A DNA stretch of 64,000 nt from Acidimicrobiia bacterium (GCA_026985095.1 JALSQW010000056.1:7144-71143), one strand, 5' to 3'. Shown: positions 10,159-20,442, counted from the stretch's first letter. A program made the numbers and translations. The notes: generated by a model not told the origin, from the letters alone.

Positions 10159-10275
10159 CGGATCCCGTCGGCCGGCGAGATCCTCGCACCGATCCCACCG
10201 ATCCCCCCTCGAGGCCATCGAGGACGACCGCCTCGAGGAGGCACCCCGGCGGCCGCCAGGCACTAGCGTCGACCC

Positions 10276-12702
10276 ATGACGACCGGCGCTTCCTCATCGT
10301 CCGATCCGAGCACGCCCCTCCCGGCAGCTCCCGCCCCGGGGTTGTCCGCCGCTGCGGTGGCCGAACGGCGACGGGCCGGTCTCGTCAACGGCAGCCCAGC
10401 GCGAGGCTCCCGGTCGGTCGGGAGCATCCTCGCCGCCAACATCTTCACCCGCTTCAACGCCATCATCTCGGCGATGCTCGCCGTCGTGTTGACCTTCGGC
10501 AGGTTGCCGGATGCGCTCTTCGGTGGCGTCATGATCGTCAACGCCGCCATCGGCATCGTTCAGGAGCTCCGCGCCAAGCTCACGCTCGATCGCCTCCGGC
10601 TCATCGTCACGCCGACCATCGGCGTCGTCCGAGACGGCGAGGCATCGCAGATCCCGGTCGACGAGATCGTCCTCGGCGACGTGATGATCCTCCGTCAAGG
10701 AGACCAGATCCCGGCCGATGGAGAGGTGCTCGCCGCCGATGGGCTCCAGGTCGACGAGTCCCTCGTCACCGGTGAAGCCGACCCGGTCGATCGCGTCCCT
10801 GGCGATCCGGTGCTGTCCGGATCGTTCGTCATCGCCGGAAGCGCGTACGTACGGACCACCGCCGTCGGCGAAGCCGCCTACGCCCGCCGTCTGGCCGCCG
10901 AAGCTCGAGCGTTCTCCCTCGCTCGAAGCGAGCTGCGCGACGGGATCGACCGGATCCTCAGTTTCGTCACCTGGCTCATCGTGCCGACCGCCGCGCTGTT
11001 GGTGTGGAGCCAACTCCAGACCGGACACGGCGTGTCGGCCGCGGCGGTGTCGACCGTCGCCGGTGTCGTCGGGATGGTCCCGCAGGGGCTCGTGCTGCTC
11101 GTGTCGATGGCGTTCGCCGTCTCGGTGATCCGACTCGGTCGGCGCGATGCCCTCGTCCAGGAACTCCCTGCGGTCGAGACCCTGGCCAGGGTCGATCTCG
11201 TCGCCGTCGACAAGACCGGTACGTTGACGACCGGTCGGATGCGCGTCGACGCGGTGGAGCCGATCGACGTCGACCCGGACGAGCTGCGAGCGGTCCTGGC
11301 CGCGATCGCCGTCACCGAACCGCATCCGAACCCGACCCTGGCGGCGATCCGGAACGGCTACCCCGACGATCCGGGATGGACGATCACCGGTCGGGTTCCG
11401 TTCTCGTCACAGCGCAAGTACTCGGCGGTGGAGTTCGCCGGCCGCGGCGTGTGGCTCCTCGGGGCGCCGTCGAGCGTCGGAGCCGGACTGTCGGAGGAAC
11501 AGCGAAGGAGGGTCGCCTACCTGGCGTCCACCGGCCGGCGGGTCCTGCTCGTCGCCACGGCCGAACGCCTCCCGGACCCGTCGGGGCTGCCGGACGCGGT
11601 CGTGCCGGCGGCGATCGTGTCGATCATCGAAGAGGTGCGGGACGACGCCGAGGCGACGATCGCCTACTTCCTCGAGCAGCGGGTCCGTGTCAAGGTGATC
11701 TCGGGCGACGACCCCGGCACGGTCTCGGCGATCGCCACCAAGGTCGGGATCCCAGGGGCGGAGCGGGCCGTGGACGCACGGGACCTTCCCGCACCCGGGA
11801 CCCCCCAGCATCGGGAAGCCGCCGACCGGTACGTGGTCTTCGGTCGGGTCGTCCCCGAGCAGAAGCGGGACCTCGTCACGGCGTTCCAGGACGCCGGTCA
11901 CGTCGTTGCGATGACCGGCGACGGCGTCAACGACGTACCGTCGCTGAAGCGAGCCGACATCGGCATCGCCATGGGTTCGGGATCGCCCGCCACTCGGGCG
12001 GTGGCCCAGCTCATCCTCCTCGACGATCGATTCGCATCGCTGCCGGCGGTCGTGGCGGAGGGCAGGAGGGTGATCGCCAACATGGAACGGGTCGCCAAGC
12101 TGTTCCTCGCCAAGACCGTCTACGCCACGTTGCTGGCGATCGCCTTCGGCGTCGCGGTGCTGCCGTTCCCGCTGCTTCCGAGGCATCTCACGTTGATCGG
12201 GACCCTGTCGATCGGGATCCCCGCGTTCGTGTTGTCCTTCGAGCCGTCCAACGAGCCTGCTCGTTCGGGGTTCGTGGGTCGGGTGCTTCGTTTCGCCATC
12301 CCTGCCGGTCTGGTCGCGGGTCTGGTCGGATTCGAGACCTTCGTGATCGCCCGCAGCCCGTTCGTGCGGATGTCCCTGGAGGCGGCGCGCAGCGTCACCT
12401 CGATCACGCTGCTGGCGGTGGGGCTCCTGATCCTGCACGAGCTGATCGAGCCGCTGGACGCGTCCCGCCGCCGCCTGCTGGCCGCCTTGGTGACGGCCGC
12501 CGTCGCCGCCGTCGCGGTCCCCCCGGCCCGACGGTTCTTCGCTCTGGAGGTGCCCGATCTCGCCGGCGCGGCGATCGTCGTCGTCGGCGCGTTGACGTCG
12601 CTCGTCGCGTTGCACGTGGCGGTGGTCGCGGTGGCATGGATCGCGGATCGATGGTTCCCGGACCGGGCCGGACTCGAACGTGAGGTCCTCAGGAGCGGCT
12701 GA
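10276..12702 (+). CDS. Cation-translocating P-type ATPase (CtpE-like)
   Basis: 'DESLVTGE', 'DKTGTLT', 'ISGDD', 'MTGDGVNDVPSLK'. Confidence 0.93.
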   Translation: MTTGASSSSDPSTPLPAAPAPGLSAAAVAERRRAGLVNGSPARGSRSVGSILAANIFTRFNAIISAMLAVVLTFGRLPDALFGGVMIVNAAIGIVQELRAKLTLDRLRLIVTPTIGVVRDGEASQIPVDEIVLGDVMILRQGDQIPADGEVLAADGLQVDESLVTGEADPVDRVPGDPVLSGSFVIAGSAYVRTTAVGEAAYARRLAAEARAFSLARSELRDGIDRILSFVTWLIVPTAALLVWSQLQTGHGVSAAAVSTVAGVVGMVPQGLVLLVSMAFAVSVIRLGRRDALVQELPAVETLARVDLVAVDKTGTLTTGRMRVDAVEPIDVDPDELRAVLAAIAVTEPHPNPTLAAIRNGYPDDPGWTITGRVPFSSQRKYSAVEFAGRGVWLLGAPSSVGAGLSEEQRRRVAYLASTGRRVLLVATAERLPDPSGLPDAVVPAAIVSIIEEVRDDAEATIAYFLEQRVRVKVISGDDPGTVSAIATKVGIPGAERAVDARDLPAPGTPQHREAADRYVVFGRVVPEQKRDLVTAFQDAGHVVAMTGDGVNDVPSLKRADIGIAMGSGSPATRAVAQLILLDDRFASLPAVVAEGRRVIANMERVAKLFLAKTVYATLLAIAFGVAVLPFPLLPRHLTLIGTLSIGIPAFVLSFEPSNEPARSGFVGRVLRFAIPAGLVAGLVGFETFVIARSPFVRMSLEAARSVTSITLLAVGLLILHELIEPLDASRRRLLAALVTAAVAAVAVPPARRFFALEVPDLAGAAIVVVGALTSLVALHVAVVAVAWIADRWFPDRAGLEREVLRSG

Positions 12703-14428
12703 TGCGGGCGGCCCGGTCGCGTTCGGAGCGTCGGAGGCGCCGTTCGATCGCTGCCAGGGTCCCGTCGTCCACCGGGAGGTCGAACGCTCCGGAGATCGCA
12801 GCGGCGAGATCGGCGCGATAGTCGTGGCCGTGGGCGCGGAACTCGCCGGGGACGACGTCGGCGGCGTTGTTGGTGTCCACGGCGGTGAGCCAGAACGTCG
12901 CCGCGGGAACCCAACGTTCACGGGCCGGCACGGAGGCGGGTCGGCCGTCCGTGTCGAGCCATGAGGGACGGTGGGTGAGGAGCGACACGTCGAACCGGGT
13001 GACCGGATCTTCGGGATGATCGAGGAACGAGTGGCACCATCGCCGACCCGATCGCCGGGCCTCCCGGATGGCCGCACCGTTGGTGAACCCGAGGGCGTAC
13101 GATGGGCCGACGGCGAGGGCCCGGTATCGCCACCTGCTGCGGTACGGCGTCCCCACCCACAGGGCGGCGGCGATGCCGAAGCGGTCGTGGCGGGCCGGTT
13201 CGGCATCGTCTTCGGCAAGGTCGAACGCGTCCTGACCGGTTCTGGCTCCCAGACTCTCTCCGTACACGACGAGTCGGGGTGGGGAGTCGAGGCCGTCGAG
13301 ACGATCGGCGATGGCTTCGAGGAGGGCGTGGTTCTGGCGCGCCCCGACGTGGACTCGGTCGGGGGACAGGACCGAGGGGCGCTTCCCGTATTGGATGGCG
13401 ACCGTGGCGACGTCGCCACCGGTCAGGTACTCGGCCGCTTCGACGGCGATCGGGTTGACGTACCCGGTCCCGGCCGGTGATGCGACGATGATCGTCGAGC
13501 GGGTGAAGGCGCCGGTTCGCTCGAGCTCGTCGACGGCGAGCTCGACGCGCTCGCCGACGGTGGGAGCCGATCCCACGCCGACGTAGACCCGGATCGGCTC
13601 GGCGACGGCGGTGCCGGTCACCTCGGCGATCCGTTGCCTACCGGCGGCTTCGGAGACGAACCGGCGTCCTTCGACGGTGAGGTCGTCGTAGGCGACGAGA
13701 CTTCCCGGGCCGCCCGACACGGTGGGTTGGGTCGGGGGTTCGCCGTACCCGGGCTCGACGCGGTCCTCGGCGGCCTCGGCCGCCTCGACGACCCTCCGAG
13801 CGGCTCCGACGATCGTCACGACGGTGGGGGCGACGGCGATCGGGCCGGTGGCGGCGAGCCACCTCGACGGACGGCCCCCCGCCGCGGCGGCGGATCGCTC
13901 GGCCATCCACCTCGCGGTCCACGTCTCGGTTTCGGTGAGCAGATCGACGGCGAACGAGAGCGCCGTGCCGGCGGCGAGCTCTCGGGCCGCGCCGCGACCG
14001 CGTCCGGCGCCGGTCGCCCGGTCCAGCGCCACCGCAGCGCCGGCGGCGCCGGCCGTCGACGCGGCGAGCCGCAGCGGGGAGGCGGTGAGGGGGGCCGCCG
14101 CCCGGGCCAGGGCGCCGGCGACGAGGCTCCATCCCAGCGCGCGGAACGCCACCGAGCGGAGGGGAACGGGGTCGGGTGGGGGGCGGAGACGGCTGAGGAC
14201 GGCGGCGCCGGCCAGTGCGCCGACGGCGGCGAACGGCCCGCCTGGGCGCAACCGGGGCGGGAGCAGCCGGAGGGAACGGGCGCCGAAGGCGGCGGCAGCG
14301 GCGGCGGTGAGCGTCGCGCCGGTGACCGCCAGGACCTGGTCGGATCGGTGCTTGGGCATCAAGGACGGCTGGAACGTCGACACCGCGGCGAGCAGTCCCA
14401 CGCCGAGGCGACCCCGATCCCTCGTCAT
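12689..14428 (-). CDS. Membrane-associated alpha/beta hydrolase (Abhydrolase_9-like)
   Basis: 'EGRRFV', 'PAGTGYVNP', nucleophile elbow 'YGESLGA', 'DPV', 'GHDY'. Confidence 0.85.
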   Translation of the reverse strand: MTRDRGRLGVGLLAAVSTFQPSLMPKHRSDQVLAVTGATLTAAAAAAFGARSLRLLPPRLRPGGPFAAVGALAGAAVLSRLRPPPDPVPLRSVAFRALGWSLVAGALARAAAPLTASPLRLAASTAGAAGAAVALDRATGAGRGRGAARELAAGTALSFAVDLLTETETWTARWMAERSAAAAGGRPSRWLAATGPIAVAPTVVTIVGAARRVVEAAEAAEDRVEPGYGEPPTQPTVSGGPGSLVAYDDLTVEGRRFVSEAAGRQRIAEVTGTAVAEPIRVYVGVGSAPTVGERVELAVDELERTGAFTRSTIIVASPAGTGYVNPIAVEAAEYLTGGDVATVAIQYGKRPSVLSPDRVHVGARQNHALLEAIADRLDGLDSPPRLVVYGESLGARTGQDAFDLAEDDAEPARHDRFGIAAALWVGTPYRSRWRYRALAVGPSYALGFTNGAAIREARRSGRRWCHSFLDHPEDPVTRFDVSLLTHRPSWLDTDGRPASVPARERWVPAATFWLTAVDTNNAADVVPGEFRAHGHDYRADLAAAISGAFDLPVDDGTLAAIERRLRRSERDRAARISRS

Positions 14429-14441
14429 CGTGGGCGGGCCG

Positions 14442-14795
14442 TCAGTCCGGCGTGACGATCTGGAGCACCCACGAGACGAGGGCCAGGACGAGACCACCCA
14501 AGAGGGTCACGCCGAAGCCGGTGCTGGAGAGCCCCAGGTCCAGCGTGCTGCCGAGCCAGATGACGATCGCCATGAGGACGACGTTGAGGACGAGGGTGAA
14601 CAGCCCCAGGGTCATCACCCTGAGCGGGAGCGTCAGGAGCTTCGCGACGGGTTTGATGACCGCGTTGACGACGCCGAGGACGATCCCGAGCCCGAGCAGG
14701 ACCCAGATGCTGCCGTCGAAGTCGAGTCCGGGAACGAGCCAGACGGTCAACCAGACGGCCAGGGCGTTGACGACGAGCCGGATCAACAGTCTCAT
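14442..14795 (-). CDS. 4-TM YvlD-like membrane protein ('phage holin superfamily IV')
   Basis: 117 aa; 'GVVNAVIKPVAKLLTLPL..MTLGLFTLVLN'. Confidence 0.88.
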   Translation of the reverse strand: MRLLIRLVVNALAVWLTVWLVPGLDFDGSIWVLLGLGIVLGVVNAVIKPVAKLLTLPLRVMTLGLFTLVLNVVLMAIVIWLGSTLDLGLSSTGFGVTLLGGLVLALVSWVLQIVTPD

Positions 14796-14875
14796 GCGCC
14801 GAGCCTAGCTGCGATCGGTGAGGTTCCCGGTCTCCCGCCGTCCACGACGAGTACGATGGACCCAGGAGGCTCCAG

Positions 14876-15190
14876 ATGCGACCGACCAAGCCGATCGTGC
14901 CGTCGTCCCGTCGACCGCCGCGGCGGGCGGTGAAGTCCCGCTACACGACCGCCGCTCCCGAACTCCCCGACGGCGTCGAGGTGACGACGAGCGGCGAGGC
15001 CCGGCGTCCCGGATCGGGCGGTGCCGGGGTGTCGGACCTTCCCGACGCGGGTCCCCCGGCGCCCGTGTCCCCTGCTCCTCCGTCGGTCCCCGAGGCGCCG
15101 CGGCGGGTGGTGGACCTGCGGGAGGCCCAGTGGGTCGTCGAGACCTCGGTGGACGGTTCGCGGTACCGACGCCGGGATGTCCGTCGCTGA
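14876..15190 (+). CDS. Hypothetical Pro-rich protein
   Basis: AGGAGG RBS upstream; fills the gap between convergent neighbours; no recognisable family. Confidence 0.45.
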   Translation: MRPTKPIVPSSRRPPRRAVKSRYTTAAPELPDGVEVTTSGEARRPGSGGAGVSDLPDAGPPAPVSPAPPSVPEAPRRVVDLREAQWVVETSVDGSRYRRRDVRR

Positions 15191-16672
15191 TCAGGAGCTG
15201 CCGGGCGGTTTCGGACAGACGTTGTTGAGGTTGTCGAGCCCGAGTTCGGTGACCGCCCGGTCGGGATCCTCGAGGACGAGCTGCACGTGTTCGTGGACGA
15301 GGTCGATGTTGGCGATCCGTCCCGGTTTCCCGTCGTCGCGGAACTTCAGGTGGTACTCGGGCGGGATGAACCGCACCGAGACGATGTTGTCCCGGTCGAT
15401 CTTCGGGAGCAGCTCGACGAGCTGGGGGAGGGCGTCGATCGGGATGTCGGTCTGGACGGTGTTCTTGACGACGTCGGCGAGCCGACCGAAGTTGAGGAGC
15501 AGGTCGGTGGGCTCGGTCTGGTCGAGCACCGCTTCGAGCACGCAGCGCTGGCGGTTCATCCGGAAGTAGTCGGAGTCCTGATGGCGGGTGCGGGCGTAGG
15601 CGAGGGCCTGCTCGCCGTTCATCTTGTGCTCGCCTGGTTCGATGACGAGTTCCCCGATCGTTCCGTCCAGGTACGGGTAGGCGTCGTCGACGATCCGTTC
15701 GGGCACGTAGATGTCGACCCCGCCGAGGGCGTCGATGAGTTCGACGAACCCGTCGAGGTTCACCAGCGCGTAGTAGTTGATCGGGATCCCGAGGAACTCC
15801 GAGACGACGCCCTTGACGGCGTTCACCGACGGCTCCTGGGGCCCGGGGAAGGCGTCGGGGTAGCGCTCGCCCATGATCCACAGTTCGTTGATGAGCTCCG
15901 GATAGCAGTCACAGTCCCAGATCCCCATGCCGTCGGGGAGCGGCGCGTAGGTCCAGTTGCGGGGGATCGAGAACATCGCGACGTCGCCGGTGGCGGGGTC
16001 GATGCTCACGGTGATCATGGTGTCCGTTCGGATGCCGGTGCGGCCGACACCGAAGTCGCCGCCGAGGAGGAGGATGTTGAGCCGGTCGAGTCCGTCCCAC
16101 AGCGGCGCCCCGGTCTGCGCCGGCTGGGTGGTCGTGGTCGACGTCGTCGGCGTGCCCGGCTCGGTGGAGACGGTCGTGCCGTCGGCGGGTGGCGTGGTGC
16201 TCGTGGTGGACGACGCCGGGGCGGCGGCGGGTTCGTCGGGACCGAAGACCGTCGTGATGAGGTTGTACTGCACCATGTCGTAGTAGCCGAAGACGACGTG
16301 GGGTGTGAACACGACGATGGCGAGTGCCCCGACCGCGGCTGCGACCGCGGCGCGGCTGGTCGCCCCGGCGGGACCGGTGCGGCTCGCGGTTCGGTAGGCG
16401 TCGTCGGCGGCCCACAGCCGGTAGGCGAGGAGCAGGATGTTGACGACCATCATCGCGGCCAGGCTGGTCGGTCGGACGAACGCGGTGAGCGCGGCCACCT
16501 TGTCCCGGAAGAAGAACGCGATGATCGCCACGATGACGGCGTCGACGACGTAGAGGCGGACGGCCTTGCGGCGGTCGCCGACGAGGAACTGGCCGAGCCC
16601 CGGGATCACGGCCGAGGCGAACGCCGCGAGGAACGGGTGGACGGTTGGTCGGGGGTCCGGTCGGGTGGTCAT
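15191..16672 (-). CDS. LCP (LytR-CpsA-Psr) family glycopolymer transferase
   Basis: N-terminal TM helices, Thr-rich linker, 'NILLLGGD', 'RTDTMI', 'SIPRN', 'ALAYARTR', 'DYFRMNRQ'. Confidence 0.93.
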   Translation of the reverse strand: MTTRPDPRPTVHPFLAAFASAVIPGLGQFLVGDRRKAVRLYVVDAVIVAIIAFFFRDKVAALTAFVRPTSLAAMMVVNILLLAYRLWAADDAYRTASRTGPAGATSRAAVAAAVGALAIVVFTPHVVFGYYDMVQYNLITTVFGPDEPAAAPASSTTSTTPPADGTTVSTEPGTPTTSTTTTQPAQTGAPLWDGLDRLNILLLGGDFGVGRTGIRTDTMITVSIDPATGDVAMFSIPRNWTYAPLPDGMGIWDCDCYPELINELWIMGERYPDAFPGPQEPSVNAVKGVVSEFLGIPINYYALVNLDGFVELIDALGGVDIYVPERIVDDAYPYLDGTIGELVIEPGEHKMNGEQALAYARTRHQDSDYFRMNRQRCVLEAVLDQTEPTDLLLNFGRLADVVKNTVQTDIPIDALPQLVELLPKIDRDNIVSVRFIPPEYHLKFRDDGKPGRIANIDLVHEHVQLVLEDPDRAVTELGLDNLNNVCPKPPGSS

Positions 16673-16814
16673 CGCGGCTCGGATGCTAGGTGGCAGCGTC
16701 GAGTATCCGGTGGTTCGTCTGTCCGGTGGTTCCTCGAGATGTCATGGAGATGTCCCGCCAGGGCGAGGCGGTCCGGTAACCTCGGCGGGTCCCGACCCCG
16801 TGTGGATCCGAGCC

Positions 16815-18734
16815 GTGACCGACGCCGACGTGAACCCTCCGCAGCGCAGCGGGCCGTCCCGCGCCAGGAACCGCTACGCGTACCTGACGCGCGACGGGAC
16901 GCTCGACATCGTTGTGGGCAGCTTCGTGGCCGGTGTCGCCGCCTACGTGTACCAGTTCGTCGGCGGTCGGGTCCTGGGGCCGCATGCGTTCGCGCCGATC
17001 GGGGCGCTGCTGACCGCCCACTTCCTGACGTTCGTCATCATCTTGTTGCCGATCGAGCAGTTCGTCATCCGGCGTCTGACGTTGGGGGCGCGGGGCTGGG
17101 TGGTGCCGTTGCGGGCCCAGGTGCTGGCGGCGGTGACGGCGATCGTCGCGGCGGGGGTGGTGTGGGCGACGTCCGATGCGTATTTCGAGGGCAACTCGGC
17201 GTTCGTGTGGTTCGTGGTCGCCACGGTGGTGCTCCACTTCTTCTTCGCGGTCGGTCGCGGCTATCTGGCGGGGTTCCGTCGGTTCCGCGAGTACGGCGTC
17301 GCCAGCGGCGGCGCTTCGGTGCTGCGGCTGGTCATGGCCGGGGCGATCGTGATGATCAGCCCGACGGTGGTGGGGTTCGCCTGGGCCCACATCCTCGGGC
17401 CGCTGATCATCTTCGTGTTCCGTCCCTTCCGGACGCCACCCGAGGCGCCCGCCGGCAGCCGGGGTCGGCTGGCCGACGAGCACGTGGCCGCGGTGGACGA
17501 ACGGGGCCTGTTGACCGGGTTGGTGCTGTCGTCGGCGGCCTCGCAGGCGCTGCTGTTGTCGGGTCCTCTGGTGGCGGGATGGCTGGGGGCCACCGCCGCC
17601 GAGTTCTCGATCCTGTACGCGACGTTGCTGCTGGCGCGGGCGCCGCTGACGTTCGGATACAACCTCCTCGCTCGGGTCCTGCCCCCGTTCACCGAGATGG
17701 CGGCTCGGGGCGAGCGCCCGGAGCTGCGGGCGTGGGCTCGGGGTCTGGCGATCGCCGGGGCGTTCCTCGGTGTCGTGGCTGCCGGTCTCGGGTACCTGTT
17801 CGGTCCTTCGATCGTGGCGCTGGCGTTCGGAGCGGGGTTCCGGCCGTCGGCGGTGGTCGCCGCCTTGGCTGCTGCCGGGGTCGTCTTCGCGGGTGCCGGG
17901 CTGTTTATCGGCCAGATCCTCGTGGCGCGGGGACGGGCGTCCCGTCTGGCGGTGTCGTGGGCGGTCGCGATGGCGGCCGCCGCGGCGACGCTGGCCGTGC
18001 CGTTGACCGATCCGGTGTTTCGGGTCGCGGTCGGGTTCGTGGTCGGCGAAGCCACCGCCCTGCTGGCGTTGGTGGGGGTGGCGCTGTTGCGGGATCCCCA
18101 GGAGGGGGCGATCTCGCACGGCTACCTGGTGATGAAACGCTCGATGGACATCGGGATCGCGGTGGCGGCGCTCGTGGTGCTGTCGCCGGTGCTGGCCGCC
18201 GCGGCGGTGGCGGTACGCCTCGACTCGCCCGGCCCGGCGTTCTTCCGCCAAGCCCGGACGGGGCGCGGAGGTGACGAGTTCTGGATGGTGAAGCTGCGCA
18301 CGATGGTGATCGACCACGACGAGGAGGTGTTCAGGGAGCATCTCCGCAAGATCCGGGAGTCGGGGGACGACGAGCCGTACACGATCAAGATCGACGACGA
18401 TCCCCGCATCACGCGGGTCGGGGCGCGGCTGCGGAAGTGGTCCCTGGACGAGCTCCCGAACCTGTGGAACGTCCTGCGCGGTTCGATGTCGCTGGTGGGG
18501 CCGAGGCCGCTGGTTCCGCAAGAGGCGGAGCTCGTCGGGTTGGACAACCCTCGGTTCACCGTCAAGCCGGGAGTGACCGGACTGGCCCAGGTGATGGGCC
18601 GCGACGAGCTGTCGATCGCCGAGCGCACGGCGTTCGACGAACGCTACGTCGCCGAGGCGTCGATCCGTCTCGACGTGGCGATCTTGTTCCGGACGCTGGT
18701 GGCCGTGTTCCGTCAACCGGGGAAGCAGGACTGA
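16815..18734 (+). CDS. Fusion of an oligosaccharide-flippase-like membrane domain and a C-terminal bacterial sugar (phosphoglycosyl) transferase
   Basis: About 12 TM helices, then 'KRSMDI', 'KLRTM', 'DDPRITRVGARLRKWSLDELPNLWNVLRGSMSLVGPRP', 'KPGVTGLAQV'. Start approximate (ORF track start is 16566). Confidence 0.8.
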   Translation: MTDADVNPPQRSGPSRARNRYAYLTRDGTLDIVVGSFVAGVAAYVYQFVGGRVLGPHAFAPIGALLTAHFLTFVIILLPIEQFVIRRLTLGARGWVVPLRAQVLAAVTAIVAAGVVWATSDAYFEGNSAFVWFVVATVVLHFFFAVGRGYLAGFRRFREYGVASGGASVLRLVMAGAIVMISPTVVGFAWAHILGPLIIFVFRPFRTPPEAPAGSRGRLADEHVAAVDERGLLTGLVLSSAASQALLLSGPLVAGWLGATAAEFSILYATLLLARAPLTFGYNLLARVLPPFTEMAARGERPELRAWARGLAIAGAFLGVVAAGLGYLFGPSIVALAFGAGFRPSAVVAALAAAGVVFAGAGLFIGQILVARGRASRLAVSWAVAMAAAAATLAVPLTDPVFRVAVGFVVGEATALLALVGVALLRDPQEGAISHGYLVMKRSMDIGIAVAALVVLSPVLAAAAVAVRLDSPGPAFFRQARTGRGGDEFWMVKLRTMVIDHDEEVFREHLRKIRESGDDEPYTIKIDDDPRITRVGARLRKWSLDELPNLWNVLRGSMSLVGPRPLVPQEAELVGLDNPRFTVKPGVTGLAQVMGRDELSIAERTAFDERYVAEASIRLDVAILFRTLVAVFRQPGKQD

Positions 18735-18815
18735 GCGCCGATGCCCGGGGTGTCCCCCGAGCAGGGGCCGTCCGGGCTCGGGAATCCGCTCGATGCGGGG
18801 CCGGTTGGTCGTGCC

Positions 18816-19226
18816 ATGAGTGAGATCGCGACCTTGTTGAACGAAGGAGATCCGCTGATCGCGGTCGTTGGTGCCACCGACGACCCGACGAAGTACGGTG
18901 CCACGATCTACCGGGATCTGAAGCGGAAGGGATACCGGGTGGTGGCGGTCAACGACCGGCGTGACCGGGTCGACGGCGATCCGGCGTACCGGGACCTGCG
19001 GTCGCTTCCCGAGCGTCCCGACATCGTCGACATCGTGGTGCCTCCGGCCTCGGCGGCGGCGGTGGTGGAGGACGGGTTGGAGCTGGGTCTGGAGCGTTTC
19101 TGGCTTCAGCCGGGCGCCGAGTCGCCGGCGATCGTCGAGCGTCTGGTGGCTGCCGGGGTCGACCATCTCGTCAACGCCTGCATCATGACCCGGAGTCGGG
19201 TGCGCCGTGGCGACGGCGTCGGGTGA
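18816..19226 (+). CDS. CoA-binding protein (YccU-like)
   Basis: 'IAVVGATDDPTKYG', 'DIVDIVVP', 'WLQPGAES', 'NACI'. Confidence 0.88.
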   Translation: MSEIATLLNEGDPLIAVVGATDDPTKYGATIYRDLKRKGYRVVAVNDRRDRVDGDPAYRDLRSLPERPDIVDIVVPPASAAAVVEDGLELGLERFWLQPGAESPAIVERLVAAGVDHLVNACIMTRSRVRRGDGVG

Positions 19227-19321
19227 GGCATCGTTGCGGGAGCTTCGCCTCGGGGGCTCGCATGGTTCGGATCCCGGTCTATGATGGATGCCGTGGTAGG
19301 GGGTTCGTGTAGGGGGAACAC

Positions 19322-19969
19322 ATGGCAGTCGAGGATCTGCGAGCAGCTCTGCTCGCCGTCCCAGGGGTGGCGTCCGTCGAGGTGACGGAGGTCGCCGATT
19401 CCGAACCCGTGGTCCGTCTCTGGCTGGACGGGACCCGGGAGGCACCCGATGTGCAGCGTGACGTCGATCACGTGATCTCGTTGCGGGGGTACCGGCGCAA
19501 GGCCGTGCCTGAACCTGCCGCGGCGGTCGCCGAGCCGCCGGGCAACGGACGTCGCGGCGGTCTCGGGCGGGGTCTCGAGACGTTGATCCCGGTGGCGCTC
19601 GAAGAGGAGCCGCCGAGTCATCTGCATGCGGTGCCGCGGATCCGGTTCACGAAGCTGTCGATCGAGGAGTCCTCTGGTGGGGTGTCGGTACGCGCCATCG
19701 ACGCTTCGGGTCGGGAGCGGGCGGCGACGGTCCATGGCGACGGGGAGCGGGCGCTGCTCGATGCGGTGGCTGCGGCGGTGGCTGGGCTCCACGGCGTCTC
19801 CGCTCCGCGGCTGTTGGCGGTCGAGGAGCAGGCGCTGGCCGGGTCCGACGTGGTGACGGTCGTCGTCGAGCTGAACGACGGGTCCCGACGGGCCGGCGCG
19901 GCGGTGATCTCGGGTGGCAAGCCCTTCACGGTGGGCAAGGCCGTCGACGCTGCGCTGTCCGTGGACTGA
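19322..19969 (+). CDS. Hypothetical protein with an internal ParB-N-terminus-like peptide
   Basis: 215 aa, purine-rich RBS; contains 'GRRGGLGRGLETLIP'. Confidence 0.75.
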   Translation: MAVEDLRAALLAVPGVASVEVTEVADSEPVVRLWLDGTREAPDVQRDVDHVISLRGYRRKAVPEPAAAVAEPPGNGRRGGLGRGLETLIPVALEEEPPSHLHAVPRIRFTKLSIEESSGGVSVRAIDASGRERAATVHGDGERALLDAVAAAVAGLHGVSAPRLLAVEEQALAGSDVVTVVVELNDGSRRAGAAVISGGKPFTVGKAVDAALSVD

Positions 19970-20301
19970 TGCCGCTCGAGGTCGTCTGTCCCGCCTGCGG
20001 CGAGTCCGACGACCTACGTGGGACCGGCGACGGCGATCGGATCTCGTTGGTCTGTGGCCGCTGCGGCCGCGAGTGGGAGCGTTCCGCCCGTCCGCGATGT
20101 TCGAGATGCGGGACGGAGGATGTGGAGCCGGTTCCGCTCGCCATCGTGGAGAAGGGCCGCGGGACGCAACTGTCGGTCGTCGGCACCCGCACGATCCATC
20201 TCTGTGCGAGCTGTGATGCCGAACGCCTCGCTCGGTACCACGCCAACCGCCCCAACCCGTTGATGCCCGATGCGCTCCCGACCCTCCCGGATGGCACGTA
20301 G
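19969..20301 (+). CDS. Small zinc-ribbon protein (four CxxC motifs)
   Basis: CPAC, CGRC, CSRC, CASC; TGATG coupling to the upstream gene. Confidence 0.75.
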   Translation: MPLEVVCPACGESDDLRGTGDGDRISLVCGRCGREWERSARPRCSRCGTEDVEPVPLAIVEKGRGTQLSVVGTRTIHLCASCDAERLARYHANRPNPLMPDALPTLPDGT

Positions 20302-20442
20302 CGAGCGGGGCGGTGTGGTGTCGCCGAGGTCGGGTCGTCGGGTGGTTCGCTTCGGTGTCCTCGGTCGATATCGTGGCTCGGGAACCTGTAAGGATCGACG
20401 TTGCGACGCGTCTCCTCTTCGAAGCGACGAAAGGAACGACCG

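Noticed and set aside
14442..14795. 'Phage holin' as evidence of a prophage
   Set aside because: This YvlD-like family is common in ordinary chromosomal contexts, and no phage structural, lysis or integrase genes are nearby.
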